DNA from: Candidatus Poribacteria bacterium
GTDB lineage: Bacteria; Poribacteria; WGA-4E; WGA-3G
Direction of reading: 5' to 3'
Assembly: GCA_965198235.1 (NCBI GenBank)
Contig: OZ240248.1
Coordinates: 2,240,001-2,304,000, forward strand
DNA length: 64,000 nt
Shown here: in pieces, positions 40,807-50,199 of the stretch
How the letters are laid out: each line of letters opens with the position of its first letter
Position numbering within the stretch: the stretch's first letter is position 1
Position numbers and translations under genes: made by a program
The notes under the pieces: model-generated
Database searches by the model: none
Seen by the model: the letters and a program-made list of their open reading frames with translations, nothing else
What the model was told of the DNA's origin: nothing

Positions 40807-40835
40807 TTGACATTTGGCAAAATGCATAGTAAAAT
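40807..40835 (+). promoter_or_regulatory. sigma70-type promoter
   Basis: TTGACA, 17 bp spacer, TAAAAT. Confidence 0.6.
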
Positions 40836-40946
40836 TAAAGAAAACCTTTTGAAATCGGGATTGTCTTAATCACAAATAGAGGTCTACGAACTATCAAGCA
40901 CGTATGCACGGTTTCCAAGCGCACAACGGGGGAGAATTAAATAAAA

Positions 40947-41789
40947 TTGAAAATCGTTAACAATCGAAAAAGCATCATTGTGAGGTTAGGAATCGGTTGT
41001 GTCGTATATTTACTCCTCGGGTTTGGGATATTGCTTTACGCACAAGACAAAACGAAAGTGGAGTTTATTGCTACAAAACCGGAGATAAGCCAGGTCAAAA
41101 AGGCAGAAATGGACTCGGCTAAAACACAAGCAATGATAAAGATGAAGGAGCAAACCGCAGCACAAGCCAATAGGTTCCGTGGACACCAAAATCGAGACGG
41201 AATTGACTTCGGGGAAAATGCAGCGTTCTACAAAGTGATTATTGACAACAATCTCTTTCGCCCGCTTGGGTGGACCCCTCCAAATAACGAACCCGCCTAT
41301 AGTTTAATCGGTACTGCCGTTGGTGCCGGCGGTGCCGTGTCGCAGGCGACGCTGCTCGAGAAAAGATCTAATCGGTATCACTTTGTGACGATAGGGACGA
41401 AACTCGGCGATATGACAGTAAAGGACATTCAAGCCAAACAGATAATCTTAGACAAAGCCGGAAAACCAATCACACTGAAGACAGGGGAACTACAGTTTCT
41501 GACTACCAGTCGAGGACGCGATGGCGGCGGAGGTGGACAGGGCAGCGAAGGTCAGTCCGAAAAAGAGGGAAATAATTCGGCGAAAAACCAAGCCGGTGCT
41601 AAAATGGACGCTGAAAAGCGTAGACAGATGGAAATGCAAAAGCAGGCTGCAGCGTTCGGGATAAAACCCGGGGAACTGGCAGAAAAACTTAAGGATGCAT
41701 CCCCGGAGGAACGTCAAGAAATAATGCGGGAAATTCGCAGGCGAGCGGGCAACAGAAGGGAACGAGGAAATCGCGGCAGACGGGATTGA
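40947..41789 (+). CDS. GspC/PilP-like type II secretion-associated protein
   Basis: N-terminal TM segment, 'NNLFRP', 'LIGT...ATL...IG..LG...V..I....IIL' HR-domain pattern, charged tail. Confidence 0.5.
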   Translation: MKIVNNRKSIIVRLGIGCVVYLLLGFGILLYAQDKTKVEFIATKPEISQVKKAEMDSAKTQAMIKMKEQTAAQANRFRGHQNRDGIDFGENAAFYKVIIDNNLFRPLGWTPPNNEPAYSLIGTAVGAGGAVSQATLLEKRSNRYHFVTIGTKLGDMTVKDIQAKQIILDKAGKPITLKTGELQFLTTSRGRDGGGGGQGSEGQSEKEGNNSAKNQAGAKMDAEKRRQMEMQKQAAAFGIKPGELAEKLKDASPEERQEIMREIRRRAGNRRERGNRGRRD

Positions 41790-41835
41790 AAAGAAGCATA
41801 GGATATTCGATTCGTTCAGGAATTACGTAGATTTG

Positions 41836-41860
41836 GAGGCGCGGTTTACGACCGCGCCTC
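41836..41860. terminator. Hairpin between convergent genes
   Basis: GAGGCGCGGT-TTACG-ACCGCGCCTC. Confidence 0.6.
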
Positions 41861-41873
41861 TTGGTTTTGCTAA

Positions 41874-42692
41874 CTACGCTGCGTCTTGGGCGTTCTCTGG
41901 CATGTTTTCAAGTCGGGAGAGCCAGTAGCCAATGTCAAACGAGTCATCGCCGATGAGGAAGCGCCATTGCTTGATACGGTTGACGATTTCAAGCCTCACA
42001 TCGTTCCCATACCATTTGTGATTTCTGCCTAAAGCACCGTGGATCCCCGGTGTGTCAATATCATCTGTGTTCCAGAGTTGACACTGACGTACCGTCGGGT
42101 TGAGGCGGAGCTTGAACATGTAGCGCGTGCGGTCTGTGAGATTCGGTTGCGCGCAGTGCCACATCCCGTGATGCACGACGAAAAGCGTACCTGCGTTGCA
42201 GACGACGGGCAACTGTCCGAGGAAGTTTTGATAACGCGCGATGTCCGTTTCACAGACACGGCGATAATGGCTTCCCGGTAAAATCATTGTCCCTCCCATT
42301 TCACGCGGCGTATCGTGCGAGAAATAGAAGAATTGGATGTCAAAATGCATCCGTAGGTCAATGATCGCGTCGGCATGCCAAATTTGCCCTATATTGTTTT
42401 GAGGGCGGACGATATGAACAGCGTGATGGTCGTAGAGCGGATTTTCACCGACCAGACTGTGGATGATGCCCTGTACTTCCGGAAGTCGGAAGACTTTGCC
42501 AACAGCAGATTCATCGTCCCAGACCTCGTCTAAAACCGTGCCGCCGCGTCCACGCACAATAATACCCTCCTCCATTTCGGCGTGTGCGGCTTCGTTCAAT
42601 TCGCGGGGAATTAGTTCGTCGAAGCGAAGGTAACCGTCCGCAACGAAGTTCGCCATCTGTTCCGTATTGAGCAAATACTTTTTGTCAATCAT
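41874..42692 (-). CDS. PhyH family Fe(II)/2OG dioxygenase
   Basis: WHAD, PGSH, WH, R motifs. Confidence 0.85.
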   Translation of the reverse strand: MIDKKYLLNTEQMANFVADGYLRFDELIPRELNEAAHAEMEEGIIVRGRGGTVLDEVWDDESAVGKVFRLPEVQGIIHSLVGENPLYDHHAVHIVRPQNNIGQIWHADAIIDLRMHFDIQFFYFSHDTPREMGGTMILPGSHYRRVCETDIARYQNFLGQLPVVCNAGTLFVVHHGMWHCAQPNLTDRTRYMFKLRLNPTVRQCQLWNTDDIDTPGIHGALGRNHKWYGNDVRLEIVNRIKQWRFLIGDDSFDIGYWLSRLENMPENAQDAA

Positions 42693-42967
42693 TAGATTTT
42701 CTCCAATTTCTCCAGGATATATTCAAACCTGAGATATGAAGTATGATATTCCATGCCGGGGTAGGCAGGGAATTGTTGTGGGAACTGAATCACCCGCCAG
42801 CCGTCTTGCATCGCTTCCACAACCGAGTTATAGGGGGGTGCCTCGCTGTCCCCTGTGGTGTGGCGTTTTTGACCCGTACCGTCGTACATTGCCCAAGCAA
42901 CAACGCCACTGTTCAAGTCAGGCGTGTGCAAATGCAGCACGAGGAGTTGTTGTCTTAATTCAGACAT
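42692..42967 (-). CDS. Small hypothetical protein coupled to the PhyH gene
   Basis: Stop/start overlap (TAATG) with the PhyH gene; probable start MSELRQ. Confidence 0.6.
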   Translation of the reverse strand: MSELRQQLLVLHLHTPDLNSGVVAWAMYDGTGQKRHTTGDSEAPPYNSVVEAMQDGWRVIQFPQQFPAYPGMEYHTSYLRFEYILEKLEKI

Positions 42968-43146
42968 ATTTTCTAATTGTTCCTTGCGGAGTAATAGAGT
43001 GGGTTTCATGTTTAGCGTGCCTTCCACTTGAATCGCCTGCGCCGTTGTTGCAGGCTTGCGGTTGTGTCCTACGCGAGAACCTGCGCGTAAGCGTAGCGGA
43101 GTGCAGGGCGAAAACTTAATAAATAAAAAACCTTATCTCTTGGAAT

Positions 43147-43932
43147 CTACCGAGCCGCTTGTGCTTTAATCTGGCTCCACGTCGTCACCAGTTTCCCGCC
43201 GGGCTGTACGTCTAATGCTACTGATATTCCATCTTCCATGAGTTCGTTGATTTCCTTCTCACTGAGGTCTCTTTCGTAGAGGACCACCTCGTCAATAACA
43301 CCTGTCATCCAATAGTTGCCGATGTTGCAACCACCAATAAAGAAAAGATTATCACTCGTGTCCGGTTTCGTCCCTGGCGACACTTGCGCGTCTACTTGCC
43401 CGTTGAGATAGAGCTTGAAGTCAGAGCCATCATACGTGCCTGCGACGTGATGCCAATCACCATCTGTGACAGCGGTTTTCGCATCAAACGATTTCCAGCC
43501 GGCGTTTGTTGTGAAGGAGTAATGGATGACCCCGGTGTTGATATTGCCGAAGAGTCCATAGTTCCTACCAGTGGGGTTACGGGTTTCCTTGGAAGCAATA
43601 ATCTGCCACGCGCCGGAAATCTTCGGGATATTTATCCATGCAGCGAGTGTAAAGTCCTCCAAATCAAGAGTGTCATCATCATCGACCGTTACCATATCTG
43701 ACCCGCCGAACTCCATAGCACCCCCAAATTTCCCTTTGACCCATTTCGGTTTTCCTTGCGAAATTTCGCCATCCAATCCGTTATCAGAAGCATCTGTGAC
43801 AGCTTGTCCTTTGCCCTCATCCAGTAACCATGCACCGACGAGTCCATCTGTGTCCAGTGCCATAGTGTGTAGTGCCATGAAATATATTAGCACCAAGAGA
43901 CTCAGCGTCAAAAGTGTTAGTACTCTGTACAT
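43147..43932 (-). CDS. Secreted LamG-like jellyroll protein with TWG-type tail
   Basis: 'LVGAWLLDEG', 'GKFGGAMEF', 'WHHVAGTYDG'; tail LDVQPGGKLVTTWSQIK. Confidence 0.88.
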   Translation of the reverse strand: MYRVLTLLTLSLLVLIYFMALHTMALDTDGLVGAWLLDEGKGQAVTDASDNGLDGEISQGKPKWVKGKFGGAMEFGGSDMVTVDDDDTLDLEDFTLAAWINIPKISGAWQIIASKETRNPTGRNYGLFGNINTGVIHYSFTTNAGWKSFDAKTAVTDGDWHHVAGTYDGSDFKLYLNGQVDAQVSPGTKPDTSDNLFFIGGCNIGNYWMTGVIDEVVLYERDLSEKEINELMEDGISVALDVQPGGKLVTTWSQIKAQAAR

Positions 43933-43976
43933 CAGAAATTCTCCTTGTTGAACGGTTCCAGTCGAGAGTATTCCAT

Positions 43977-45269
43977 TTAGACGACTGTCTCAGGGAGTAT
44001 CGTCGCATCTTTCGGCACAATCACAATACCATCCCGGATGTAGTAATCTTCACCATCAAGATTATCAACTCTGTCTCGGTTGACGAGTACAGAATTATCA
44101 CCGATACGCGCATTTTTGTCAATGATTGCATTCTGAATGAGGCAATTTTGCCCAATGCCGATATTCGGGATGCCTGCCTGTGCGTTTTCCATCCGTATTT
44201 CATCGGACTCGTAATAGTCTGCTCCCATCAGGACAGACTGGTAAATCCGACTGCGACTGGAGATGATACTCCGGATCCCGACAATTGTTCTATCGATTTC
44301 AGAATCATCGATGATAGAGCCTTCAGCGAGGATTGAGGATCGAACGCTACTGCTGTTGACTTTGGTGCTCGGTAGATGCCGCCGGTTGGTGTAGATCGGT
44401 GCCTGCTCATCGTAGAAATTGAACGCCGGTGCAGTGTCGGTGAGCGCAATATTCGCCGAATAGAAGGAACGAATGGTCCCTATATCCTCCCAATAGCCGT
44501 CGAAAAAGTAGGCAGAAACCGGACGCGTTTGAATGCTTTTCGGGATAATATCCTTGCCGAAGTCGATGTTTGAGTCATCTCGAAGTACCTCTTGCAAGAC
44601 CTCTCTGTTGAAGATGTAGATTCCCATTGAGGCGATGTATTCTCTACCGTGAGGTTCAATACCTCGAGATGTAAAGACTTCGGGTTCAACGCGGAGCCGA
44701 TGCAGTTCCTCTTCGGTTTGGGGCTTCTCGACGAAATTAACGATACGTCCGTTCGCGTCCGCCTGAAGAATACCAAGCCCGCTCGTGTCCTCTTTTTTCA
44801 CCGGAATCACAGACACAGTGATGGCGGCGTTAGATTCGGTATGAACTTTGAGCATCTTGCGATAATCCATCCGATAGAGATGATCACCAGCGAGAATCAG
44901 GACATATTCGTCTGCGAAACGTGGGTTAAGAATGTAAGGTTCATTGTGTTTGACCGCGTCCGCTGTTCCCTGATACCACTCTTCGCCCATCAGCGTTTGT
45001 TGTGCGGCGAGAATTTGGACGAACCCGCGGCGGTATGTATCAAAGCGGTATGTCTGCGCGATATGTCGATTCAGGGAGACAGAGTTAAACTGCGTCAGGA
45101 CATAGATGCGTTCCAATCCTGAATGGAAGCAATTGCTAATCGGTATGTCCACCAGTCGAAATTTGCCTGCGATCGGGACACTCGGTTTCGCCCGGTCGCG
45201 TGTCAGCGGAAATAGGCGTGCGCCGCGGCCGCCTCCAAGGATAACTGCAATAACGTTCCCGTTACTCAT
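43977..45269 (-). CDS. glgC: Glucose-1-phosphate adenylyltransferase
   Basis: GGGRGARLFPLT..RAKP, GTADAV, FVEKP, ASMGIY, YWEDIGT. Confidence 0.95.
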   Translation of the reverse strand: MSNGNVIAVILGGGRGARLFPLTRDRAKPSVPIAGKFRLVDIPISNCFHSGLERIYVLTQFNSVSLNRHIAQTYRFDTYRRGFVQILAAQQTLMGEEWYQGTADAVKHNEPYILNPRFADEYVLILAGDHLYRMDYRKMLKVHTESNAAITVSVIPVKKEDTSGLGILQADANGRIVNFVEKPQTEEELHRLRVEPEVFTSRGIEPHGREYIASMGIYIFNREVLQEVLRDDSNIDFGKDIIPKSIQTRPVSAYFFDGYWEDIGTIRSFYSANIALTDTAPAFNFYDEQAPIYTNRRHLPSTKVNSSSVRSSILAEGSIIDDSEIDRTIVGIRSIISSRSRIYQSVLMGADYYESDEIRMENAQAGIPNIGIGQNCLIQNAIIDKNARIGDNSVLVNRDRVDNLDGEDYYIRDGIVIVPKDATILPETVV

Positions 45270-45307
45270 AAACGTTCTCCTTTATCCGTGCTTGTGGGTT
45301 TAGTCAA

Positions 45308-45541
45308 CGTAGGTTGGGTTGAGTTGCAAATGTCCAAAAGTTCGTTTGTTTATACGGAGAATCCCGATGTTCGAGACCCTCTTCGTGTGGATATATCTAA
45401 CGAAACCCAACAAGCCAACCCGTGTAGCGGTAAAAATGTGTTGGGTTTCACTCATACTTCTTGGATTTCAGTCTCTATAAAATCTTGAAAGTGCTTTTCT
45501 ATGTGTGATGTTTCGTCAACTACCGTTCAACCCAACCTACG
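45308..45541. repeat. REPIN/MITE-like element with 15-bp perfect terminal inverted repeats
   Basis: CGTAGGTTGGGTTGA (45308-45322) / TCAACCCAACCTACG (45527-45541); inner IR GAAACCCAACA (45402-45412) / TGTTGGGTTTC (45439-45449). Confidence 0.75.
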
Positions 45542-45590
45542 CGTTGACCGCTGACAGCCGAAGGCTGACAGCCCTTATAAAACGTCGAAA

Positions 45591-46196
45591 CTATAAACTT
45601 CCCTTGGTAGATAGGACACCTGTAATACGTTCATCAAGACGTGTGGCAGCATGCAAAGCTTTCGCGACTGCCTTAAAGATGGCTTCAATGATGTGGTGTT
45701 GGTTTGTGCCGTAAGGGACGTTGATATGCAAAGTTGTCCCGCTATGGTTCACAAACCCATGAAAAAATTCTTCAGTGAGTTCAATATCAAAATCGCCGAC
45801 TTTTCCGTGACTCAGTGGTGTCTCGAAGTAGAGGTAAGGCCGTCCGCAAACATCCAAATCTACTTTGGCGAGGGATTCGTACATTGGGACGGTGAAACTG
45901 CCGAAACGTTGCATTCCCGTTTTGTCCAGCACCGCTTTTTGGAGGGCTTGCCCTAAGCAGATACCGACGTCTTCGGTCGTATGGTGTGCATCCACGTGTA
46001 GATCGCCTTCCGCTTGGATTTCCAGATCGAAGAAGCCGTGTTTGGCAAAGAGTTCCAACATGTGATCCAGAAATCCAACGCCGGTGTTAATATCGGATGC
46101 TCCAGTTCCGTTAAGGTCAAGCCGGAGACGGATACGGGTTTCTGCTGTTTCGCGGGTAATTTCTGCTGTTCTGTCCATATTGGTCTTTTTACTCAA
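45591..46196 (-). CDS. hisB: Imidazoleglycerol-phosphate dehydratase
   Basis: RETAET, GFLDHML, DAHHTTED, NQHHIIEAIFK, STKG. Confidence 0.97.
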   Translation of the reverse strand: MSKKTNMDRTAEITRETAETRIRLRLDLNGTGASDINTGVGFLDHMLELFAKHGFFDLEIQAEGDLHVDAHHTTEDVGICLGQALQKAVLDKTGMQRFGSFTVPMYESLAKVDLDVCGRPYLYFETPLSHGKVGDFDIELTEEFFHGFVNHSGTTLHINVPYGTNQHHIIEAIFKAVAKALHAATRLDERITGVLSTKGSL

Positions 46197-46206
46197 AAGT
46201 TCCTTT

Positions 46207-46248
46207 AGGTCTAAAACCCCGAATCTCTATATCGGGGATGTGAGACCT
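46207..46248 (-). mobile_element. IS200/IS605-like right-end hairpin
   Basis: AGGTCT...CCCCGA-loop-TCGGGG...AGACCT immediately after the IsrB-like stop codon. Confidence 0.5.
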
Positions 46249-46251
46249 GCT

Positions 46252-46812
46252 TTAGCAGTATCTAAAGTTGAGTCTTCTCAAAACCCGATAGGTGTTCGGT
46301 TGCGCTGTGAGAACAACTTGTTTACTGCTGTTAATTTCACTGAGTGTTAGGTATCCTCTTTGGTGTCCTGTGACGCGTAGGATTCCTTTTTTCACATGCT
46401 TGACTAATGTATTCTTTGGAACACCCAGACACCGCGTTCCCCCATATCGCGGACGCTTCCCGCCTTTTTGTGGATTCTGCCTGTGGAGTTCTCGTCTGCG
46501 TATCGGTATGGGTGAAATGCAGAAGATTTCAGGAGTCTCGACAAGACTACTACCGCCAAGTGTGTAATATGATAGACACCAACTATCGACACAATGTGCT
46601 TCAAAGGTGTTGGCAAGTTTCTGCGATGACTTCTTCAGGCCAAGTCTGTCTCGGATTTCTTTGGTTTCCCACCCCTGAAGCGTCAGCAATTCCCATCGCT
46701 TCTGGATTTCACCATAGAACCATTGCTTTCCAACTTCAAGTGGACTAAATGACTGATTCCACTTCCTTGCACGTTCTATGGTTCTGGCTTTGATGTCCTC
46801 AACTATGCCCAT
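46252..46812 (-). pseudogene. 5'-truncated IsrB/IscB-family (RRXRR) RuvC protein remnant
   Basis: VEDIKA (RuvC-II), FSPLEVGK.WFY, G.ET..IR..LGLKK, AHCVD (RuvC-III), RRELH...KGG.R..YGGT; PLMP, RuvC-I and bridge helix are absent. Confidence 0.75.
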
Positions 46813-49412
46813 GTGATAAGCCCGAGTTCATGCGGAGATTGCAAATCTTCATGGCAAGGTAAGACGCGGACGGTATAACCGTGTAATCCCGTCTGTTTCA
46901 AGGTGAGTGTGCCTTCAAAGAGATAGGTGCCGCCTCCGAGATCGGCTTGATACTCCATTGGATTGACACTTCCATTGTGAATTTCGCCCGCTTCGTCTAA
47001 CACGCCGTGGTAAATTTGGACGACGAGTTCGTGTGGAAACAGCACGTCGGTGTGGACAACCGCCTGCACCGTTGTAGATTCACCGACACCCAACTCAGGA
47101 TTTTGAATCACAGAAGCCGTCGCATCGGTGTGTCTCTCCTCAATCCGTAGATCGCCCCAATGATCTTGTATATGTGTTTTCCAGCGAGTTAAGGCGATGC
47201 TGCGCTTTCCACCTGCTTCATTGAGATGCTGCCAGCGGCGATGCGCCGGAAAGTACAACTGCTCAGCGTACTCTGCTACCATGCGCTTTGTATTGAAGAT
47301 AGGAGCCAAGTTCTGCATCGCAGTCTTCATCCGGGCAACCCATTCGTACGGCACATCGTCAACAGGGTTACGCTGGTAGAAGAGGGGCACAATCTCTTTT
47401 TCAAGAAGCTCATAAATAGCGTTGGCGTCTGCTTTGTCGGTAGACTTTGAGTCCCCAGGAGTAGCACCGGCATCGATTGTCCAGCCACCCCCCAAATGAT
47501 TTGCCTCTGCCCACCATCCATCCGCAATACTGAGATTAAGGACTCCGTTCGCTGCTGCTTTCATACCGCTTGTGCCGCTCGCTTCGTTAGGACGTAACGG
47601 GTTGTTGAGCCAAACGTCAACCCCTTCAACGAGATAGCGTCCGACACAGATGTCGTAGTTCTCAATGAAAACGATTTTATGATAAAATCGTGGTTCTGAT
47701 GCGATACGGGAGATGCGCTGAATGAGCAATTTCCCCTCATAGTCATGTGGATGTGCCTTGCCCGCAAAAATGAGTTGAACAGGACGTTCTGGATGGTTGA
47801 GAATCTTGTCGAGACGGTCGACATCTTGGAAGAGTAAGGTCGCACGCTTATAGGTTGCAAACCGGCGTGCGAACCCAATAGTTAATGCCGCTGAATTGAG
47901 AATTTTAGTTGCGACACTCTCGCTTTCCGGAGAGCGCTTGCTATGCGAAAAAGTTGGGGCACTGCCGAGAGCATGTTTCTGCTCTTGTCGCTGGCGCGCG
48001 AACGTAATAAGACGTTCGCGGCGTCGTTCGTGTGTTCTCCACAACTCAGGATCCGGAATCTGCGAGATCTGTGTCCAGACTGCTTGGTTTGTAAGTTCAA
48101 CGATCCAGCGAGGACCCAGATACCTGTCAAAGAGGCTCTGCATATCACCGGAGACCCAAGATCGGGTGTGGATCCCATTTGTTATCGCACCAATAGGGAC
48201 TTCATGCACGGGTGTTCCGTGCCAGAGATCCTTCCACATCTCACGGGAGACATGACCGTGTAATTGGCTCACGCCGTTGCACAACGCGGAGAGTCGGAGC
48301 GCGAGAAGCGCGGGACTGAATTCACTGTGTGTGTTGGTGGAATTTGTTCTGCCAAGACCGAGGAAAGTATCAGCAGAAACGCCGAGTTCCCTACAGTAAC
48401 CACTAAAGTAGTGATTAACCAACTCAGGCGGGAACCAGTCAATACCGGCAGGGACCGGTGTGTGCGTTGTGAAGATGTTTCCTGATTTCGTAGCTTCGCA
48501 GGCTTCTTCAAAACGGATTCCTGTCTCCAGCATGAGTTGTCGGATACGTTCAATTGTGAGGAACGCAGCGTGACCTTCATTCATGTGGCAGACAGTCGGT
48601 TGTATACCAAGTGCAGTCAAGGCACGGTATCCACCAATACCTAACAGGATTTCCTGTTTGATGCGAAGGCGTTCGTCACCGCCGTACAGGTAATCTGTTA
48701 TGTTCCGCAATTCCTCACTCTGATTTTCGGGGATATTCGTGTCAAGGAGATATAAAGGAACGCGTCCGACTTGTGCACACCAAACTTTAGCAAATGCTTT
48801 ACCCTCTGGATACGTGACTTCCACGAAAAGTGGGGTTCCATCGGCGCACTTTGCTGGCTGAATGGGCATATTATAGAAGTCATTTGTTGGGTAATCAGCC
48901 ATCTGCCAGCCATCTGCCGTGAGCGTCTGACGGAAATACCCGTGCTGATAGAGCAGTCCGACTGCGACAAAAGGCAACCCTAAGTAACTTGTAGACTTCA
49001 AATGGTCGCCCGCTAAGACCCCTAAACCGCCGGAGTAGAGCGGCATACACTCTGTCAATCCGTATTCCATTGAAAAATAGGCGATTTTTAGGGTGTTGAG
49101 CGTCCCGTCGTTATGATTCGTTTCAAACCATGACGCAGTCTTATGGTATTCTTTAAACTTTTTATGGATAACTTCAAGGCGGGCGAGGAATACGCTGTCT
49201 TTTGCAGCGGCATCTAACTGTTCTTGGGAGATTTGACCGAGCATCGCAACCGGATTGTGATATGTCTTTTCCCACAATTCGGTATCAAGGTGTCGAAATA
49301 AACCAAGGGCCTCACGATCCCAGGTCCACCACAGATTTAAGGCAAGTTCACGCAGAGGCTCAAGATTCGGCGGTAACGTCGGCACCACTGTTAACTGGCG
49401 AAGTGGCTTCAT
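46803..49412 (-). CDS. glgP: Alpha-glucan (glycogen) phosphorylase
   Basis: YSGGLG.LAGD, GFARRFATYKR, EASGTSGMK (PLP lysine). Confidence 0.95.
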   Translation of the reverse strand: MKPLRQLTVVPTLPPNLEPLRELALNLWWTWDREALGLFRHLDTELWEKTYHNPVAMLGQISQEQLDAAAKDSVFLARLEVIHKKFKEYHKTASWFETNHNDGTLNTLKIAYFSMEYGLTECMPLYSGGLGVLAGDHLKSTSYLGLPFVAVGLLYQHGYFRQTLTADGWQMADYPTNDFYNMPIQPAKCADGTPLFVEVTYPEGKAFAKVWCAQVGRVPLYLLDTNIPENQSEELRNITDYLYGGDERLRIKQEILLGIGGYRALTALGIQPTVCHMNEGHAAFLTIERIRQLMLETGIRFEEACEATKSGNIFTTHTPVPAGIDWFPPELVNHYFSGYCRELGVSADTFLGLGRTNSTNTHSEFSPALLALRLSALCNGVSQLHGHVSREMWKDLWHGTPVHEVPIGAITNGIHTRSWVSGDMQSLFDRYLGPRWIVELTNQAVWTQISQIPDPELWRTHERRRERLITFARQRQEQKHALGSAPTFSHSKRSPESESVATKILNSAALTIGFARRFATYKRATLLFQDVDRLDKILNHPERPVQLIFAGKAHPHDYEGKLLIQRISRIASEPRFYHKIVFIENYDICVGRYLVEGVDVWLNNPLRPNEASGTSGMKAAANGVLNLSIADGWWAEANHLGGGWTIDAGATPGDSKSTDKADANAIYELLEKEIVPLFYQRNPVDDVPYEWVARMKTAMQNLAPIFNTKRMVAEYAEQLYFPAHRRWQHLNEAGGKRSIALTRWKTHIQDHWGDLRIEERHTDATASVIQNPELGVGESTTVQAVVHTDVLFPHELVVQIYHGVLDEAGEIHNGSVNPMEYQADLGGGTYLFEGTLTLKQTGLHGYTVRVLPCHEDLQSPHELGLITWA

Positions 49413-49436
49413 TTAATTCCGTACTCCTTCCGAAAT

Positions 49437-49673
49437 CTATACGACTTCTGCGTCTAATTGTTGTGTTTTTAAAGTGATGTAGGTGCCCTGTTTCCGTTTC
49501 TCGAAATCTAATTTTCCTTCGCGGGCAAGCCAACCGACACCCATTAAGATTGTACGTTCGTTTTCGCCAATTTCGCGTGTTAATTTTGTAATAGTGGTCT
49601 CATTGTTATTTTCAAGATAGTGCCATATAGCACCGGCTACACTCCCAATATTGTCTAACATTTCTACCTCCAT
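49437..49673 (-). CDS. Winged-helix protein (DUF2582-like)
   Basis: 'IG..AG.IW.YL', 'GWLAREGK' signature. Confidence 0.85.
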   Translation of the reverse strand: MEVEMLDNIGSVAGAIWHYLENNNETTITKLTREIGENERTILMGVGWLAREGKLDFEKRKQGTYITLKTQQLDAEVV

Positions 49674-49785
49674 AAAGGATATGAAACTTCAGAGATCTGT
49701 TGAACACACTTTAGCCAAAGCCTTGTGTAACTTGCTCCGGAATCTCTTAAGGAAACGTAGGGTTGTCGCACAAGTCTTCATATAT

Positions 49786-49814
49786 ATTATAGTTGCTTTT
49801 GGCGAGGTTGTCAA
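49786..49814 (-). promoter_or_regulatory. sigma70 promoter for the wHTH-glgP operon
   Basis: On the - strand: TTGACA (49814-49809), 17 bp spacer, TATAAT (49791-49786). Confidence 0.7.
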
Positions 49815-49902
49815 GGACAAAGACTTGAGAACAGAGGCATTCACTTGTCAGCAGTCGGCGGTCAGTAGGAGGAGTTGCAAACCTCTCTGCTGAAAGTCAT
49901 AA

Positions 49903-50017
49903 TCGGGGTTACTTGAGGAAACACCCAAGCAAAAACACCCCTCCCACAAGGGGCAGCCGATCCGAAAGTCGGGGTTACTTGAGGAAACACCCAAGCAAAA
50001 ACACCCCCCCACAAGGG
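49903..50017. repeat. Two ~50-bp direct repeats (period 66 bp); related copy at 7717-7746
   Basis: TCGGGGTTACTTGAGGAAACACCCAAGCAAAAACACCCC..CACAAGGG at 49903 and 49969. Confidence 0.85.
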
Positions 50018-50078
50018 ACCCACGACAACTTGGATCACTTGATGCCAAAAACTTTACACGCCCCTCAATACACGGAAT

Positions 50079-50108
50079 TTGACACCTGCTCTGGTGTTAT
50101 GCTATAAT
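50079..50108 (+). promoter_or_regulatory. sigma70 promoter (extended -10)
   Basis: TTGACA, 18 bp spacer, TG-C-TATAAT. Confidence 0.65.
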
Positions 50109-50199
50109 CTTCCGTGAAGAGGACGCTTTTATAATTTTTTCATTCTTTTCGGGCTTTGCTTGCAAGCCTGCATACAAAACGTTAAGCGAGGTAAAAGAT

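Noticed and set aside
49903-50017. Possible mini-CRISPR array
   Set aside because: Only two ~50-bp units with a ~16-bp gap, no cas genes, and a related dispersed copy elsewhere.
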